Positions 29,595 through 38,245 of a stretch of 64,000 bases of DNA are shown piece by piece. The position numbers and the translations under genes are program-made. Below the pieces are notes generated by a model. It had not been told where the DNA came from. It worked only from the letters and a program-made list of their open reading frames with translations, and ran no database searches. This DNA is from an uncultured Dehalococcoidia bacterium. Lineage in GTDB: Bacteria > Chloroflexota > Dehalococcoidia > SZUA-161. The stretch spans positions 1,787-65,786 of the forward strand of contig CAZGDV010000002.1 of NCBI GenBank assembly GCA_964524995.1. Reading direction: 5' to 3'. Within the stretch, counting starts at the first letter, position 1. The number at the start of each line of letters is the position of its first letter.

Positions 29595-30506
29595 TCACCG
29601 CATCCTTCTGGCCTGCCAGTGCAGCCACACGAAGTGGATAACCGAGAAGGCCGAGAAGACCGCCACCGGCATAGCCGCCTGCGCCCCGAAGAAGGCCAGC
29701 GCTATCGCGGCACTCAGGCCATCGTTCTTCCTCGCGCCGAACAGCATCATCGTGATCCGCTCGGCCCTGGGCACGCCGAACAGGCCGGCTACGCGGCTTA
29801 TCACCTCCGCGAGAACGAATGTGCAGATGAACGCTATGACAATGAGGGGCGGCAGCAGGCTCGGCTCCTGCAGGAACGTATCCCGGTTCAGGCCGACGAT
29901 GGTGTAGATGACCAGGAAGAACCCCCAGTTGGCGACGGGCGCCCTCGACCTCTTGACGACACCGAGCAGCCTCGTTCGCCTGATCACCCTCGATGCCAAG
30001 ATGGGCGCAACGATAAGCTCGGCCAGTATCACCAGCAGCCTCGCCGGCTCGACGAGACTGCTGCCGAGCAACAGCACCGACAGCAAAGGAGTGATGGCCA
30101 GCGCGGCGACGTAGGCACCCAGATTGCCCACCAGCGCCAGGCTGGTGCTTCCACCTAGAAGGTAGCTCAGCGGGATGACCGCCACGGCCGGAGGCACCGC
30201 CGCCATCAGCGCGTATCCGTTGCGGAAGTCGGGCTCGGACACGAGAAGCAACGATAGGCCGATGAATGCGCCCCCGAGTACGATCCAGTTCAGTACCACG
30301 GCGATGAGGACGGGCCGCACGACCTCTCGGGGCTCCAGGAACACCCTGGTCGACACATCGCAGATCGATACTGTCATGATGACGGCCAGGACCGGCACAA
30401 GGGCGTGCTCCGTCCATGAAGCGCCCTGACCGGCTGCCAGGCCGGCAACCATGGCCAGCAGGAAAACGAAGCTGCTGTTGCCAAGCAACAGGCGCAGCAG
30501 GCGCAT
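29595..30506 (-). CDS. BASS/SBF-like (bile acid:Na+ symporter fold) transporter, paralog 1
   Basis: 303 aa polytopic protein from ATG 30506 (ATGA overlap with the upstream paralog). Clearly similar to 30506-31438. The longer ORF prefix is rejected. Confidence 0.65.
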   Translation of the reverse strand: MRLLRLLLGNSSFVFLLAMVAGLAAGQGASWTEHALVPVLAVIMTVSICDVSTRVFLEPREVVRPVLIAVVLNWIVLGGAFIGLSLLLVSEPDFRNGYALMAAVPPAVAVIPLSYLLGGSTSLALVGNLGAYVAALAITPLLSVLLLGSSLVEPARLLVILAELIVAPILASRVIRRTRLLGVVKRSRAPVANWGFFLVIYTIVGLNRDTFLQEPSLLPPLIVIAFICTFVLAEVISRVAGLFGVPRAERITMMLFGARKNDGLSAAIALAFFGAQAAMPVAVFSAFSVIHFVWLHWQARRMR

Positions 30507-31438
30507 CAGCGCATCCTCTTCGCCCACCACGTCAGCCAGACGAAGTGGAGGATGTTGAACACCGAGCACACCGCGGCGGGCATCGCGGCTTTGGTGCCGA
30601 AGAAGATGACGGCAATGGCACCGGCGAGCGCGTACGTCTTCCTCGTCCCCAGCAGGGCATAGCTGATCCTGTCCGCCTTGGGACTCCCGAGAGCCCTTGT
30701 ACCCCGATCGATCAACTCCCCGAGCACGAAGGTGCTGGCGAAGGCGATCCCGATGCTGAGCAGGAGGACGCGCGGCTCGCTGATGAACGTATCCCTGTTC
30801 AGGCCGAAGATGGTGTAGAAAATGACGAAGAAACTCCAGTTGACTACGGGCCCTCTCCACCTGTCCACGGTTGACATAATACGGGTGCGCCGAATGACCT
30901 GGGATATGAGGATCGGCGCGAGGATGAGTTCGCCCAGCAGAATGAGCAGGCGGTTCAGCTCTATGAAGTTGCTGCCGAGGAAGATGACGCAGATCAACGG
31001 CGTAATGGCGAGGGCCGCGAGATACGCGGCGACGTCGCCCACCAGCGACAGCCTGGTGTTGCCGCCGAGCTGGAACGTGAAGGGGATCACCGCCACCGCC
31101 GGCGGCACCGCTGCCACGAGGACGAAACCGGTATGTATGTCGGAATCGTCGAAAATGAGGGCCGAGAGACCGATGTAGGTCCCGCTGAGCAGGACGTAGT
31201 TGAGCAAGAGGGCAACGGCGATGGGGACAATGATGCGTCGAAGCTCCAGGAATACGCCCAGCGACACCTCGAGGATGGAGAGGGTCATGATCAGGCCGAG
31301 CAGGGGCACCATTGCGGGCTCCGTGAACTCCGCGCCCTCGGGATAGAGCAGGCCCACCACGATGGCCAAGATCAGTATGAACCTGTTGTTGCGCAGGAGC
31401 CCCAAGATACGCGCTCTGACCGGTCCCGTTCTCATCAC
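30506..31438 (-). CDS. BASS/SBF-like transporter, paralog 2
   Basis: 310 aa. Shares VAAVPPAVAVIP, LAALAITPL, APIL.S.VIRRTR and IYTI.GLNRDTF blocks with paralog 1. Confidence 0.65.
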   Translation of the reverse strand: MMRTGPVRARILGLLRNNRFILILAIVVGLLYPEGAEFTEPAMVPLLGLIMTLSILEVSLGVFLELRRIIVPIAVALLLNYVLLSGTYIGLSALIFDDSDIHTGFVLVAAVPPAVAVIPFTFQLGGNTRLSLVGDVAAYLAALAITPLICVIFLGSNFIELNRLLILLGELILAPILISQVIRRTRIMSTVDRWRGPVVNWSFFVIFYTIFGLNRDTFISEPRVLLLSIGIAFASTFVLGELIDRGTRALGSPKADRISYALLGTRKTYALAGAIAVIFFGTKAAMPAAVCSVFNILHFVWLTWWAKRMR

Positions 31439-31580
31439 CCCACAGCCCTCATCTCCGACCGCACACGCGACATGTTAGCACGCGCCCTGCAATCCATACA
31501 ATTGCCGTCAAACAGCCGTTAGCAGCAACCGTCCACTGGTATACTGGTGTTGTCGCGCCGCTGATTGCTTTGTCCGAGGA

Positions 31581-31589
31581 TGGTATAAT
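31581..31589 (+). promoter_or_regulatory. Extended -10 TGGTATAAT upstream of hicB
   Basis: TGGTATAAT lies 19 nt before ATG 31608. A second TGGTATACT lies at 31537-31545. Confidence 0.45.
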
Positions 31590-31607
31590 GATTCCGGAGG
31601 TACACGG

Positions 31608-31985
31608 ATGCCAGCGAAAGCGCCAATCGAGGGGTATGTAGATCTCACATTCAAGTTCCATAAGGAAGGCGAGAACTGGCTGGCGGAGTGTCTAGAACTC
31701 GGCACGGCGACATTCGCACCGACTCTGGAGGAGGCGCAGAAGGATATCGCAAGTGCAATCTCCGCCCAGCTTCGGGACTGCCAGGAACTCCGCGAGTTGA
31801 GAGAGTATCTGCGTTCTCACAAGGTGAGGATTCACAAGACCCGACCCCGGGGCAGCAGGAAGCTCGTTGATCGCTCGAACGGAAAGGCATTATACCAGCC
31901 ACTAGTACTGCCTGTTCGGGGAAAGGCGTCTCGTGTACACAAGCATTCCCAAGATCACAGGACCCCAGCTCATAAGGCTGCTTAG
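31608..31985 (+). CDS. hicB: HicB-family antitoxin
   Basis: 125 aa. N-terminal YVDLTFKFHKEGENWLAECLELGTATFAPTLEEAQKDI matches the HicB/UPF0150 fold pattern. GGAGG SD. Confidence 0.7.
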   Translation: MPAKAPIEGYVDLTFKFHKEGENWLAECLELGTATFAPTLEEAQKDIASAISAQLRDCQELRELREYLRSHKVRIHKTRPRGSRKLVDRSNGKALYQPLVLPVRGKASRVHKHSQDHRTPAHKAA

Positions 31986-32184
31986 CTTAGACGGTTGGGA
32001 GATACGCAGAAAAGCCAGGCATGGTCTGGTATTGAGAAAGCGTATCGCCGGCAGACTGTTCCGCACCGTCGTTTCGACTAGACCTGAACCCCTGCCAGAG
32101 GGTACGCTGAGTGCCATTCTCCGCCAGACCGGGCTCGGCAAGGAAGGGCTCCTCCGGCTCCTCAACAAGCACGGCCTGAAATAG
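31933..32184 (+). CDS. hicA: HicA-family mRNA-interferase toxin
   Basis: 83 aa from GTG. ITGPQLIRLLSLDGWEI...H...LPEGTLSAILRQTGL is a typical HicA/YcfA pattern. Overlaps hicB by 53 nt. Confidence 0.7.
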   Translation: MYTSIPKITGPQLIRLLSLDGWEIRRKARHGLVLRKRIAGRLFRTVVSTRPEPLPEGTLSAILRQTGLGKEGLLRLLNKHGLK

Positions 32185-32217
32185 GTCGTGCGCACTACCC
32201 CCCCCCAACATCTGCGA

Positions 32218-32246
32218 TTGAAGTGTTAAGATAACGATGGTATCAT
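32218..32246 (+). promoter_or_regulatory. Promoter for the ImmA/DUF4411 pair
   Basis: TTGAAG(32218)-17 nt-TATCAT(32241) with a TGg extension (TGGTATCAT). Confidence 0.5.
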
Positions 32247-32272
32247 GCTGACATCTGTGCGCTAACCCCTGT

Positions 32273-33472
32273 TTGCAGACTCCTGCTGAGCAGAGGCTTG
32301 ATTTGACCGTTCTAGCGTCAAGTGCCAATCCTGAAGTACTGAGGTGGGCACGAGAGCGAGCTGGCTACTCCGTTCAGGAGATCGCCACAGCGCTCAACAA
32401 GGACGTCAGCTTGATTCAGGGCTGGGAATCCAGCGACAGCGGCGAGGTGCCTACTTACGCCCAACTTGAGATGCTCGCCTATAGGTACTACAAGAGGCCG
32501 CTCGCCCTCTTCTTCTTCCCCGCACCGCCTGACGAGGTGGAGCCGCGACAGTCATTCCGCACGCTTCCTGATGCTGAGATCGATCGTCTCTTGCCGGACA
32601 CGCTACACGTGATCAGGATGGCAAGGGCAATGCAGATCGCCTTGATGGAACTCAACGACGGAGTCAATCCGGCACTCCGCAGGATCTTCGAGGATATGCA
32701 GCCAACTCCCGACGCAAGTGTTGGCAAGTTGACCACGCAGGTGAGGGATTACCTATCCGTCGAGCTGGAGCAGCAGGTCAATTGTAGGACGGCTGAGGAT
32801 GCATTCAAGCTGTGGCGAGATGCTGTGCAGCAGGCGGGCATCTTCGTATTCAAGCAACCCCTGAAACAGGAGGACGTCTCTGGTTTCTGTCTCCTTCATG
32901 ATGAGTTCCCTGTGATCTATGTGAACAACTCCACACCCGCAACCCGTCAGATATTCACACTATTCCACGAGTTGTCACACATACTACTACGAACGAATGG
33001 CATCACGAAGCAAGATGACACTTATCTCAGGCATCTCTCTGGGTACAACAGGGATGTCGAGGTATTCTGCAATCAGTTTGCGGCCGAGTTCCTCGTACCT
33101 TCGGCGGACTTCGAACGCCACATTGTTGGGACTCGTGTGTGGAACGAGAGGGCCATCACCAAGGTCGCTGACAGATACAACGTGAGCCGGGAGGTCATCC
33201 TTCGGAAGCTACTGGATCGTGGGCTCGTGGAACAGGACTACTACGAGGTCAAGTCACGAGAGTGGGCCGGACAGTCGGGCAAACGTGGCAAAGGGGGCGA
33301 CTACTACCTCAATCAGATCACCTACTTAGGGGACAAGTACCTTGAACTTGCGTTTGGCAGGTACTATGCGGGTCGCTGCAGTCTCGAGTCGCTCTCCGAT
33401 TACCTCAACGTAGCTGCGAAGAGCATCGTCACCCTGGAGGCCTACTTGGAGGGGAGAGGTTCCTCGGGATGA
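32273..33472 (+). CDS. XRE-HTH + ImmA/IrrE (DUF955) zinc metallopeptidase fusion
   Basis: N-terminal LRWARERAGYSVQEIATAL HTH and the FTLFHELSHILL HExxH motif. The start may instead be TTG 32303 (AGAGG SD). Confidence 0.8.
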   Translation: MQTPAEQRLDLTVLASSANPEVLRWARERAGYSVQEIATALNKDVSLIQGWESSDSGEVPTYAQLEMLAYRYYKRPLALFFFPAPPDEVEPRQSFRTLPDAEIDRLLPDTLHVIRMARAMQIALMELNDGVNPALRRIFEDMQPTPDASVGKLTTQVRDYLSVELEQQVNCRTAEDAFKLWRDAVQQAGIFVFKQPLKQEDVSGFCLLHDEFPVIYVNNSTPATRQIFTLFHELSHILLRTNGITKQDDTYLRHLSGYNRDVEVFCNQFAAEFLVPSADFERHIVGTRVWNERAITKVADRYNVSREVILRKLLDRGLVEQDYYEVKSREWAGQSGKRGKGGDYYLNQITYLGDKYLELAFGRYYAGRCSLESLSDYLNVAAKSIVTLEAYLEGRGSSG

Positions 33473-33939
33473 CGTACGTGATTGACACGTGTAGCCTTAT
33501 TGTCCTCGGCAACTTCTACCCGAACCGTTTTCCATCAGTGTGGGCTCTACTTGGGGAGCTTGTGGCCGACGAGAGACTCATCTCCGTGAGAGAAGTGCTT
33601 AGGGAGTTCCAGAAGAGGAACGGCAGTCCTCATATGTTTGCCTGGGTACGGGCGAACAATGGGATCTTCCTGTCACCCAGTCAAGCGGAGATGGCCTTCG
33701 TCAGTCAGATCTTTTCCGTTCCGCATTTCCAGAACGCAATCCCGAGCAAAGCAAGGTTCACTGGAAGCCCCGTTGCTGACCCCTTCGTGATTGCCTCCGC
33801 GTGGGTAAGGGGTGGCTGTGTAGTGACACAGGAGGAACTGAGGCCGAACGCAGCGAAGATCCCCAACATCTGCGCGCACTTCGGTATCGAGTGTACCAAC
33901 CTGGAAGGCCTAATGGCTGCCGAAGGATGGCAGTTCTAG
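33469..33939 (+). CDS. DUF4411 PIN-like nuclease-domain protein
   Basis: 156 aa. YVIDTCSLI..., ADPFVIASA and KIPNICAHFGIECTNLEGLMAAEGWQF match my recollection of DUF4411. ATGA overlap with the ImmA gene. Confidence 0.75.
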   Translation: MTYVIDTCSLIVLGNFYPNRFPSVWALLGELVADERLISVREVLREFQKRNGSPHMFAWVRANNGIFLSPSQAEMAFVSQIFSVPHFQNAIPSKARFTGSPVADPFVIASAWVRGGCVVTQEELRPNAAKIPNICAHFGIECTNLEGLMAAEGWQF

Positions 33940-33989
33940 CTTACGAAATGCCTAGGAGCCCCTCCGTTAGGTTGACCGGCGATTCTCTC

Positions 33990-34013
33990 AAGGCATTTCC
34001 CGGAAAATGCCTT
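33990..34013 (+). terminator. Hairpin after the DUF4411 gene
   Basis: AAGGCATTT-CCCGGA-AAATGCCTT, a 9-bp perfect stem with no clear T-tract. Confidence 0.4.
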
Positions 34014-34162
34014 AGATGCCCTTGAGGGGCGACAAGACCAAGCGGCGAGCCCTCTCTTACCTCGACAGAGCTATTCACCCTCGGCCTGTAACACCAGTAC
34101 ACTGGTGTGCTGTCCTCCATCCCTCCCAGGCACCTTCGCCCTCAACAATACCAAAGTACCCC

Positions 34163-34224
34163 TTGACACGGCCTCGACACGAGCGTTATGATGTATTCAC
34201 TGACTGACCGGTCAGTCAGTGAAT
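34163..34224 (+). promoter_or_regulatory. TetR-operon promoter plus 30-bp perfect palindromic operator
   Basis: TTGACA(34163)-18 nt-TATGAT(34187), then ATTCACTGACTGACC|GGTCAGTCAGTGAAT (34195-34224). Confidence 0.65.
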
Positions 34225-34247
34225 CGCCAGCCGGGGAGCACCACACG

Positions 34248-34850
34248 TTGGAGTCACCAGCCAGACGAAAGGACATACCGCCGCAGAGACGCCGCCAGAT
34301 CCTCGACGCCGCCCGAGAGCTGTTCGCACAGGGCGGATACCACGGCGTCACCGTCGAGGCCATCGCGGAGAGGGTCGGGGTCAGCAAGGGCAACATCTAC
34401 TGGTATTTCAAGTCGAAGCAGGAGATATTCCAGCTGCTTTTCGACGACATCGTGGAGAAGCTGTTCCTGCCGCTGGCGGGTGCGCTGGAGGGCGAGGCCC
34501 CCGCCGTCGAGAAGCTCCGGGCGCTCGCGAGGTACACGCTGGACGCCGCCGAGAAGGAGGAGAACGTCGAGGCGCTGCATTTCATGTGGCAGATCGGCGT
34601 TCAGCCCGAGCTTCACAAGCTGCTTCCGTCCGATTACTCACATTGGGTAAGCCCGTTTATCGAGCACCTGACGCCCCTGTTCGAGGAGATGGGAGACGCA
34701 ACCCCGGAGGGCGCCGCCCAGCTATACCTCATCATGCTCGATGCGTGCTGGTTCGTCGGCGCGCTGCGCCCCGATTTCTACGACAGGGAAGCCATCATGG
34801 CCGCCATCGAAGACAAGTTCCTCAACCCGGGAAGGAGGCAGGATGCCTAG
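34248..34850 (+). CDS. TetR/AcrR-family transcriptional regulator
   Basis: RRRQILDAARELFAQGGYHGVTVEAIAERVGVSKGNIYWYF HTH. TTG 34248 is preferred because ATG 34188 lies inside the -10/operator. Confidence 0.8.
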   Translation: MESPARRKDIPPQRRRQILDAARELFAQGGYHGVTVEAIAERVGVSKGNIYWYFKSKQEIFQLLFDDIVEKLFLPLAGALEGEAPAVEKLRALARYTLDAAEKEENVEALHFMWQIGVQPELHKLLPSDYSHWVSPFIEHLTPLFEEMGDATPEGAAQLYLIMLDACWFVGALRPDFYDREAIMAAIEDKFLNPGRRQDA

Positions 34851-35574
34851 ATCACCCTCAGCGGACCCCGCGATCACCGTATTGCATGCAGAGAACGTGT
34901 CCCGAACATACCAGATGGGCCAGGTCGAGGTGAACGCCCTGAAGGATGCCAGCCTCGACATCACGCCCGGCGAGTTCGTCGTCATCCTCGGCCCCAGCGG
35001 GTCCGGCAAGACAACGCTCCTCAACATGATCGGCGGCATGGACAAGCCTACGTCGGGCAGGATCGCAGTCGATGGACTTGACATAACATCACTCGGCGAG
35101 AAGGGCCTGACGGGCTACCGGCGCAGGTACATCGGGTTCGTCTTCCAGTTCTTCAACCTTATCCCGACTTTGACCGCCAGGGAGAACGTGGAGTTCGCGG
35201 GGGAACTGGTAACCAACCCTCGGCCCGCCTCGGAGGTACTCGATGTCGTCGGGCTCGGGGACCGCGCCGAACACTACCCGAGCGAGCTGTCGGGCGGGGA
35301 GCAGCAGCGCGTGGCCATCGCCAGAGCGCTGGCCAAGGACACGCCAATCCTGCTCTGCGACGAGCCGACAGGGGAGCTGGACTTCGAGACCGGCAAGCAC
35401 ATCCTGGGCGCTATACGCTCGATCAACAGGGCCGACAGCAAGACCGTACTGCTGGTCACACACAACACGGCCATTGGGGAGATGGCCGACAGGGTGATCC
35501 GGCTCAGGAGCGGCGAGATCATCGAGGACAGGAGCAACGCCAGCCCTATAGATCCGCAGGAGCTGAGGTGGTAG
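34843..35574 (+). CDS. ABC transporter ATP-binding protein (MacB/LolD-like)
   Basis: GPSGSGKTT, LSGGEQQRVAIARAL and LLCDEPTGELD motifs. ATG 34843 follows GGAAGGAGG and overlaps the TetR stop. Confidence 0.92.
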   Translation: MPRSPSADPAITVLHAENVSRTYQMGQVEVNALKDASLDITPGEFVVILGPSGSGKTTLLNMIGGMDKPTSGRIAVDGLDITSLGEKGLTGYRRRYIGFVFQFFNLIPTLTARENVEFAGELVTNPRPASEVLDVVGLGDRAEHYPSELSGGEQQRVAIARALAKDTPILLCDEPTGELDFETGKHILGAIRSINRADSKTVLLVTHNTAIGEMADRVIRLRSGEIIEDRSNASPIDPQELRW

Positions 35575-35580
35575 GCCGGC

Positions 35581-37974
35581 ATGAATAGAGTCAGGCGCCT
35601 GTTCCAGCGCAAGCTGCAGCGGAAGCTCATCCGTGACCTCGCCGGTTCAAAGGGCCTCTTCATCGCCGTATCCATCGTCATATTCCTCGGTGTGGCCCTC
35701 TTCGGGGCTTCCTTCCTCGGCTACCGGAATCTGAAGTCATCCTACGACTACTCGTACGAAGTGCTGCGCATGGCCGACTTCACCATCCGGGTAGTGGAGG
35801 CCCCGCCGGAGTTGGTCGACGAACTGGAGGCCGTACCAGGGATCGAAGCTGTGACCGGCAGGGTCAATACCGAGATCGTAATGGCCATCCCCGGTGACGA
35901 GGTGAAGCGTATATCGGCCACCTTCATCTCGCTGCCCGGTGCAACTAGGCCCGACGTCAACGACGTCAAGGTAGAGGAGGGCGACTACTTCGGCGATCCC
36001 GGCGGCAAGGCACTTCTGCTGGAGAAGGGCTTCGCCGAGCACCACGACCTGCACGCAGGCGACACAGTCAGCCTGGTCATCGGCGACGCTGAAGTGGGGT
36101 ACAGCGTAGCCGGTATCGTCACAAGCCCGGAGTACATCTGGCCCGCCAAGAGCCGGCAGGAGATACTGGTCTCGTTCGAGACATGGGGCGTCGGATTCCT
36201 CCCGCAGGAAACGATCGGCGGTCTTACGGGCTCCAGCGGCCTGAACGAGTTCTGCTTCCTGGTTGACGACGCGGTGGACAGAGATTCCGTGATCGAGCAG
36301 GTCGAAGCGATACTGTCGCCGTACAGCGTAATCGACGTGGTACCACAGGAGGAGCAGCCCAGCAACAACGCTCTCAAGCTGGACCTACAGGAGTTCGGCG
36401 AGATGGCCGAGATATTCCCCCTGATGTTCCTCGTCGTCGGCGCGCTCGCCACGTACATCCTTCTCACAAGGCTGGTACAGAACCAGCGGGCCCAGATCGG
36501 CCTGATGCGGGCAATCGGCTACACCCGGCGACAGGTCCTGTTTCACTATCTCGGCTTCGCCCTGATCATAGGTATCGCGGGGTCGGTCGCAGGAATCATA
36601 GCGGGATACCTGCTCGGCGGCGCGGTAACGAACCTGTATGTAGACATACTCGGCCTGCCGTACACCCACACCCAGATGGGCTGGATCGAGTGGCTGGCGA
36701 TAGAGGAGGGGATCGCCGCAGGCGTCCTGCCCTGCCTGATCGGAGGTTTCATACCCGCGTTCGCCGCCTCACGATTGATACCGGCGGAGGCGATGCGCAC
36801 GCCCCCTCCTGCCGCCGGCAGGCGACCGGTGATCGAGCGCATCTTCCCCTTCCTCGCCAGGCTGTCCTTCCTGTGGAAGGTCCCGCTGCGCAATATCTTC
36901 CGCAACCGGCGCCGCAGCATCTACACGATGATAGGCGTTGCCTTCGGCATCATGCTGATCCTCGTCTCGGCCTCGTTCATCGACTCTTTCGACGCGGTCT
37001 TCTCGATGCAGTTCGACGATATACAGCGGAGCGACGCGCAGATTAACTTCGCCGATCCCCAGCCCGAATACGTGCTCGACGAGATAGCGGGATGGGAGGA
37101 AGTCGAGACAGTCGAGCCGGTGCTCCAAATCCCGGCGCGTCTCGCGTATGGAGACGAGACCTACTCGACGTTGGCAATCGGCCTGGCCGAAGACTCCGAC
37201 CTTTACGGCCTCTACCGAACTTCGGGCGAACGAGTCTACGCAAGCCAGGGCCAGGTACTGCTCAGCGAGGCGCTGGAGGACAAGCTGGGCGTGCACGTGG
37301 GAGACACTATTGGGGTGGACGCCGCGCCCTACGGCGGCGGCGAGCTCGAAGTCGCGGGATTCGTCAAGCAACCACTGGGCAGCTACGGGTACATCGCCAT
37401 CGAGGATGCGCAGCAGATGGCGGGATACCCCGTGGTCAACGGCATCATGCTGGCCTCCAGTACAGATGACCTCAGCCCGCTCAGGGACAAGGCTCATGGC
37501 CTGCCGGGAGCTGCCTCCATCGACGTGACGTCCGAGTTGGGAGACAAGGTGGACGAGATGCTGTCGCTGATTCGCGGCATCATGTACGTGATGCTCGCCT
37601 TCGGCGCCGCCCTCTGCCTGGCTATAGTATTCACCACGGTCACCATAAGCATAGTGGAGCGCAGGCGCGAGATCGCGACCATGCGCACCCTCGGCGAGGG
37701 CAAGGGCCGTATCGCCGCCATGATAACGATCGAGAACCTGATCCTCGGCCTGGTTGCGGTGATACCGGGCATACCGCTCGCCTACGGCGTCGCGATGATG
37801 ATGTCGCGCTTCTTCCAGACCGACATGATGAACTTCTACCTGGCCATATACCCCCGCACCTACGTCATGGTGGTCGCTATAGTCGTGATCATCATGCTGG
37901 TATCACAGCTGCCCGGCATAAGGCAGCTCAACCGCATGGACCTGGCGAAGGTGATAAAGGAACAGACTACCTAG
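35581..37974 (+). CDS. ABC transporter permease with two FtsX/MacB-type domains
   Basis: 797 aa. Two 4-TM FtsX-like modules, each preceded by a large extracytoplasmic domain. Confidence 0.85.
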   Translation: MNRVRRLFQRKLQRKLIRDLAGSKGLFIAVSIVIFLGVALFGASFLGYRNLKSSYDYSYEVLRMADFTIRVVEAPPELVDELEAVPGIEAVTGRVNTEIVMAIPGDEVKRISATFISLPGATRPDVNDVKVEEGDYFGDPGGKALLLEKGFAEHHDLHAGDTVSLVIGDAEVGYSVAGIVTSPEYIWPAKSRQEILVSFETWGVGFLPQETIGGLTGSSGLNEFCFLVDDAVDRDSVIEQVEAILSPYSVIDVVPQEEQPSNNALKLDLQEFGEMAEIFPLMFLVVGALATYILLTRLVQNQRAQIGLMRAIGYTRRQVLFHYLGFALIIGIAGSVAGIIAGYLLGGAVTNLYVDILGLPYTHTQMGWIEWLAIEEGIAAGVLPCLIGGFIPAFAASRLIPAEAMRTPPPAAGRRPVIERIFPFLARLSFLWKVPLRNIFRNRRRSIYTMIGVAFGIMLILVSASFIDSFDAVFSMQFDDIQRSDAQINFADPQPEYVLDEIAGWEEVETVEPVLQIPARLAYGDETYSTLAIGLAEDSDLYGLYRTSGERVYASQGQVLLSEALEDKLGVHVGDTIGVDAAPYGGGELEVAGFVKQPLGSYGYIAIEDAQQMAGYPVVNGIMLASSTDDLSPLRDKAHGLPGAASIDVTSELGDKVDEMLSLIRGIMYVMLAFGAALCLAIVFTTVTISIVERRREIATMRTLGEGKGRIAAMITIENLILGLVAVIPGIPLAYGVAMMMSRFFQTDMMNFYLAIYPRTYVMVVAIVVIIMLVSQLPGIRQLNRMDLAKVIKEQTT

Positions 37975-38041
37975 CACGGCCTCGGCTCGTCAATCCAGCG
38001 TGCGACGCTCAAGATCGAGAGGAAAGGGGAGCTTTTGGGAA

Positions 38042-38070
38042 TTGACGCGATGCGCTGCGTCGGCTAGACT
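38042..38070 (+). promoter_or_regulatory. Orphan sigma70-like promoter
   Basis: TTGACG(38042)-17 nt-TAGACT(38065), located 68 nt after the ABC permease stop. Confidence 0.45.
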
Positions 38071-38076
38071 CAGTCC

Positions 38077-38204
38077 ACACGGTAAGCATCTCGGGAGGGG
38101 AACTCAGCATCCCCCTTGAGGGGGCTTTGAGCCGCCAGTCTTAATTGGTCACTTGACTGGTGGGGAGCCAGTAGTGAAACCGACCTCGTGAGGTCGGTTT
38201 TCTT
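38077..38204 (+). ncRNA. Candidate structured leader or small RNA (class unknown)
   Basis: Between the promoter and the terminator there are hairpins CCCCC-TTGA-GGGGG (38111-38124) and CCGCCAGTC-N14-GACTGGTGG (38132-38163), then a terminator. Confidence 0.35.
38178..38204 (+). terminator. Rho-independent terminator
   Basis: AACCGACCT-CGTG-AGGTCGGTT followed by TTCTTGTTG. Lies 42 nt upstream of ATG 38246. Confidence 0.65.
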
Positions 38205-38245
38205 GTTGTCCGGCCACCGCGACCAACCGGATCAAGGGCAAGAGC

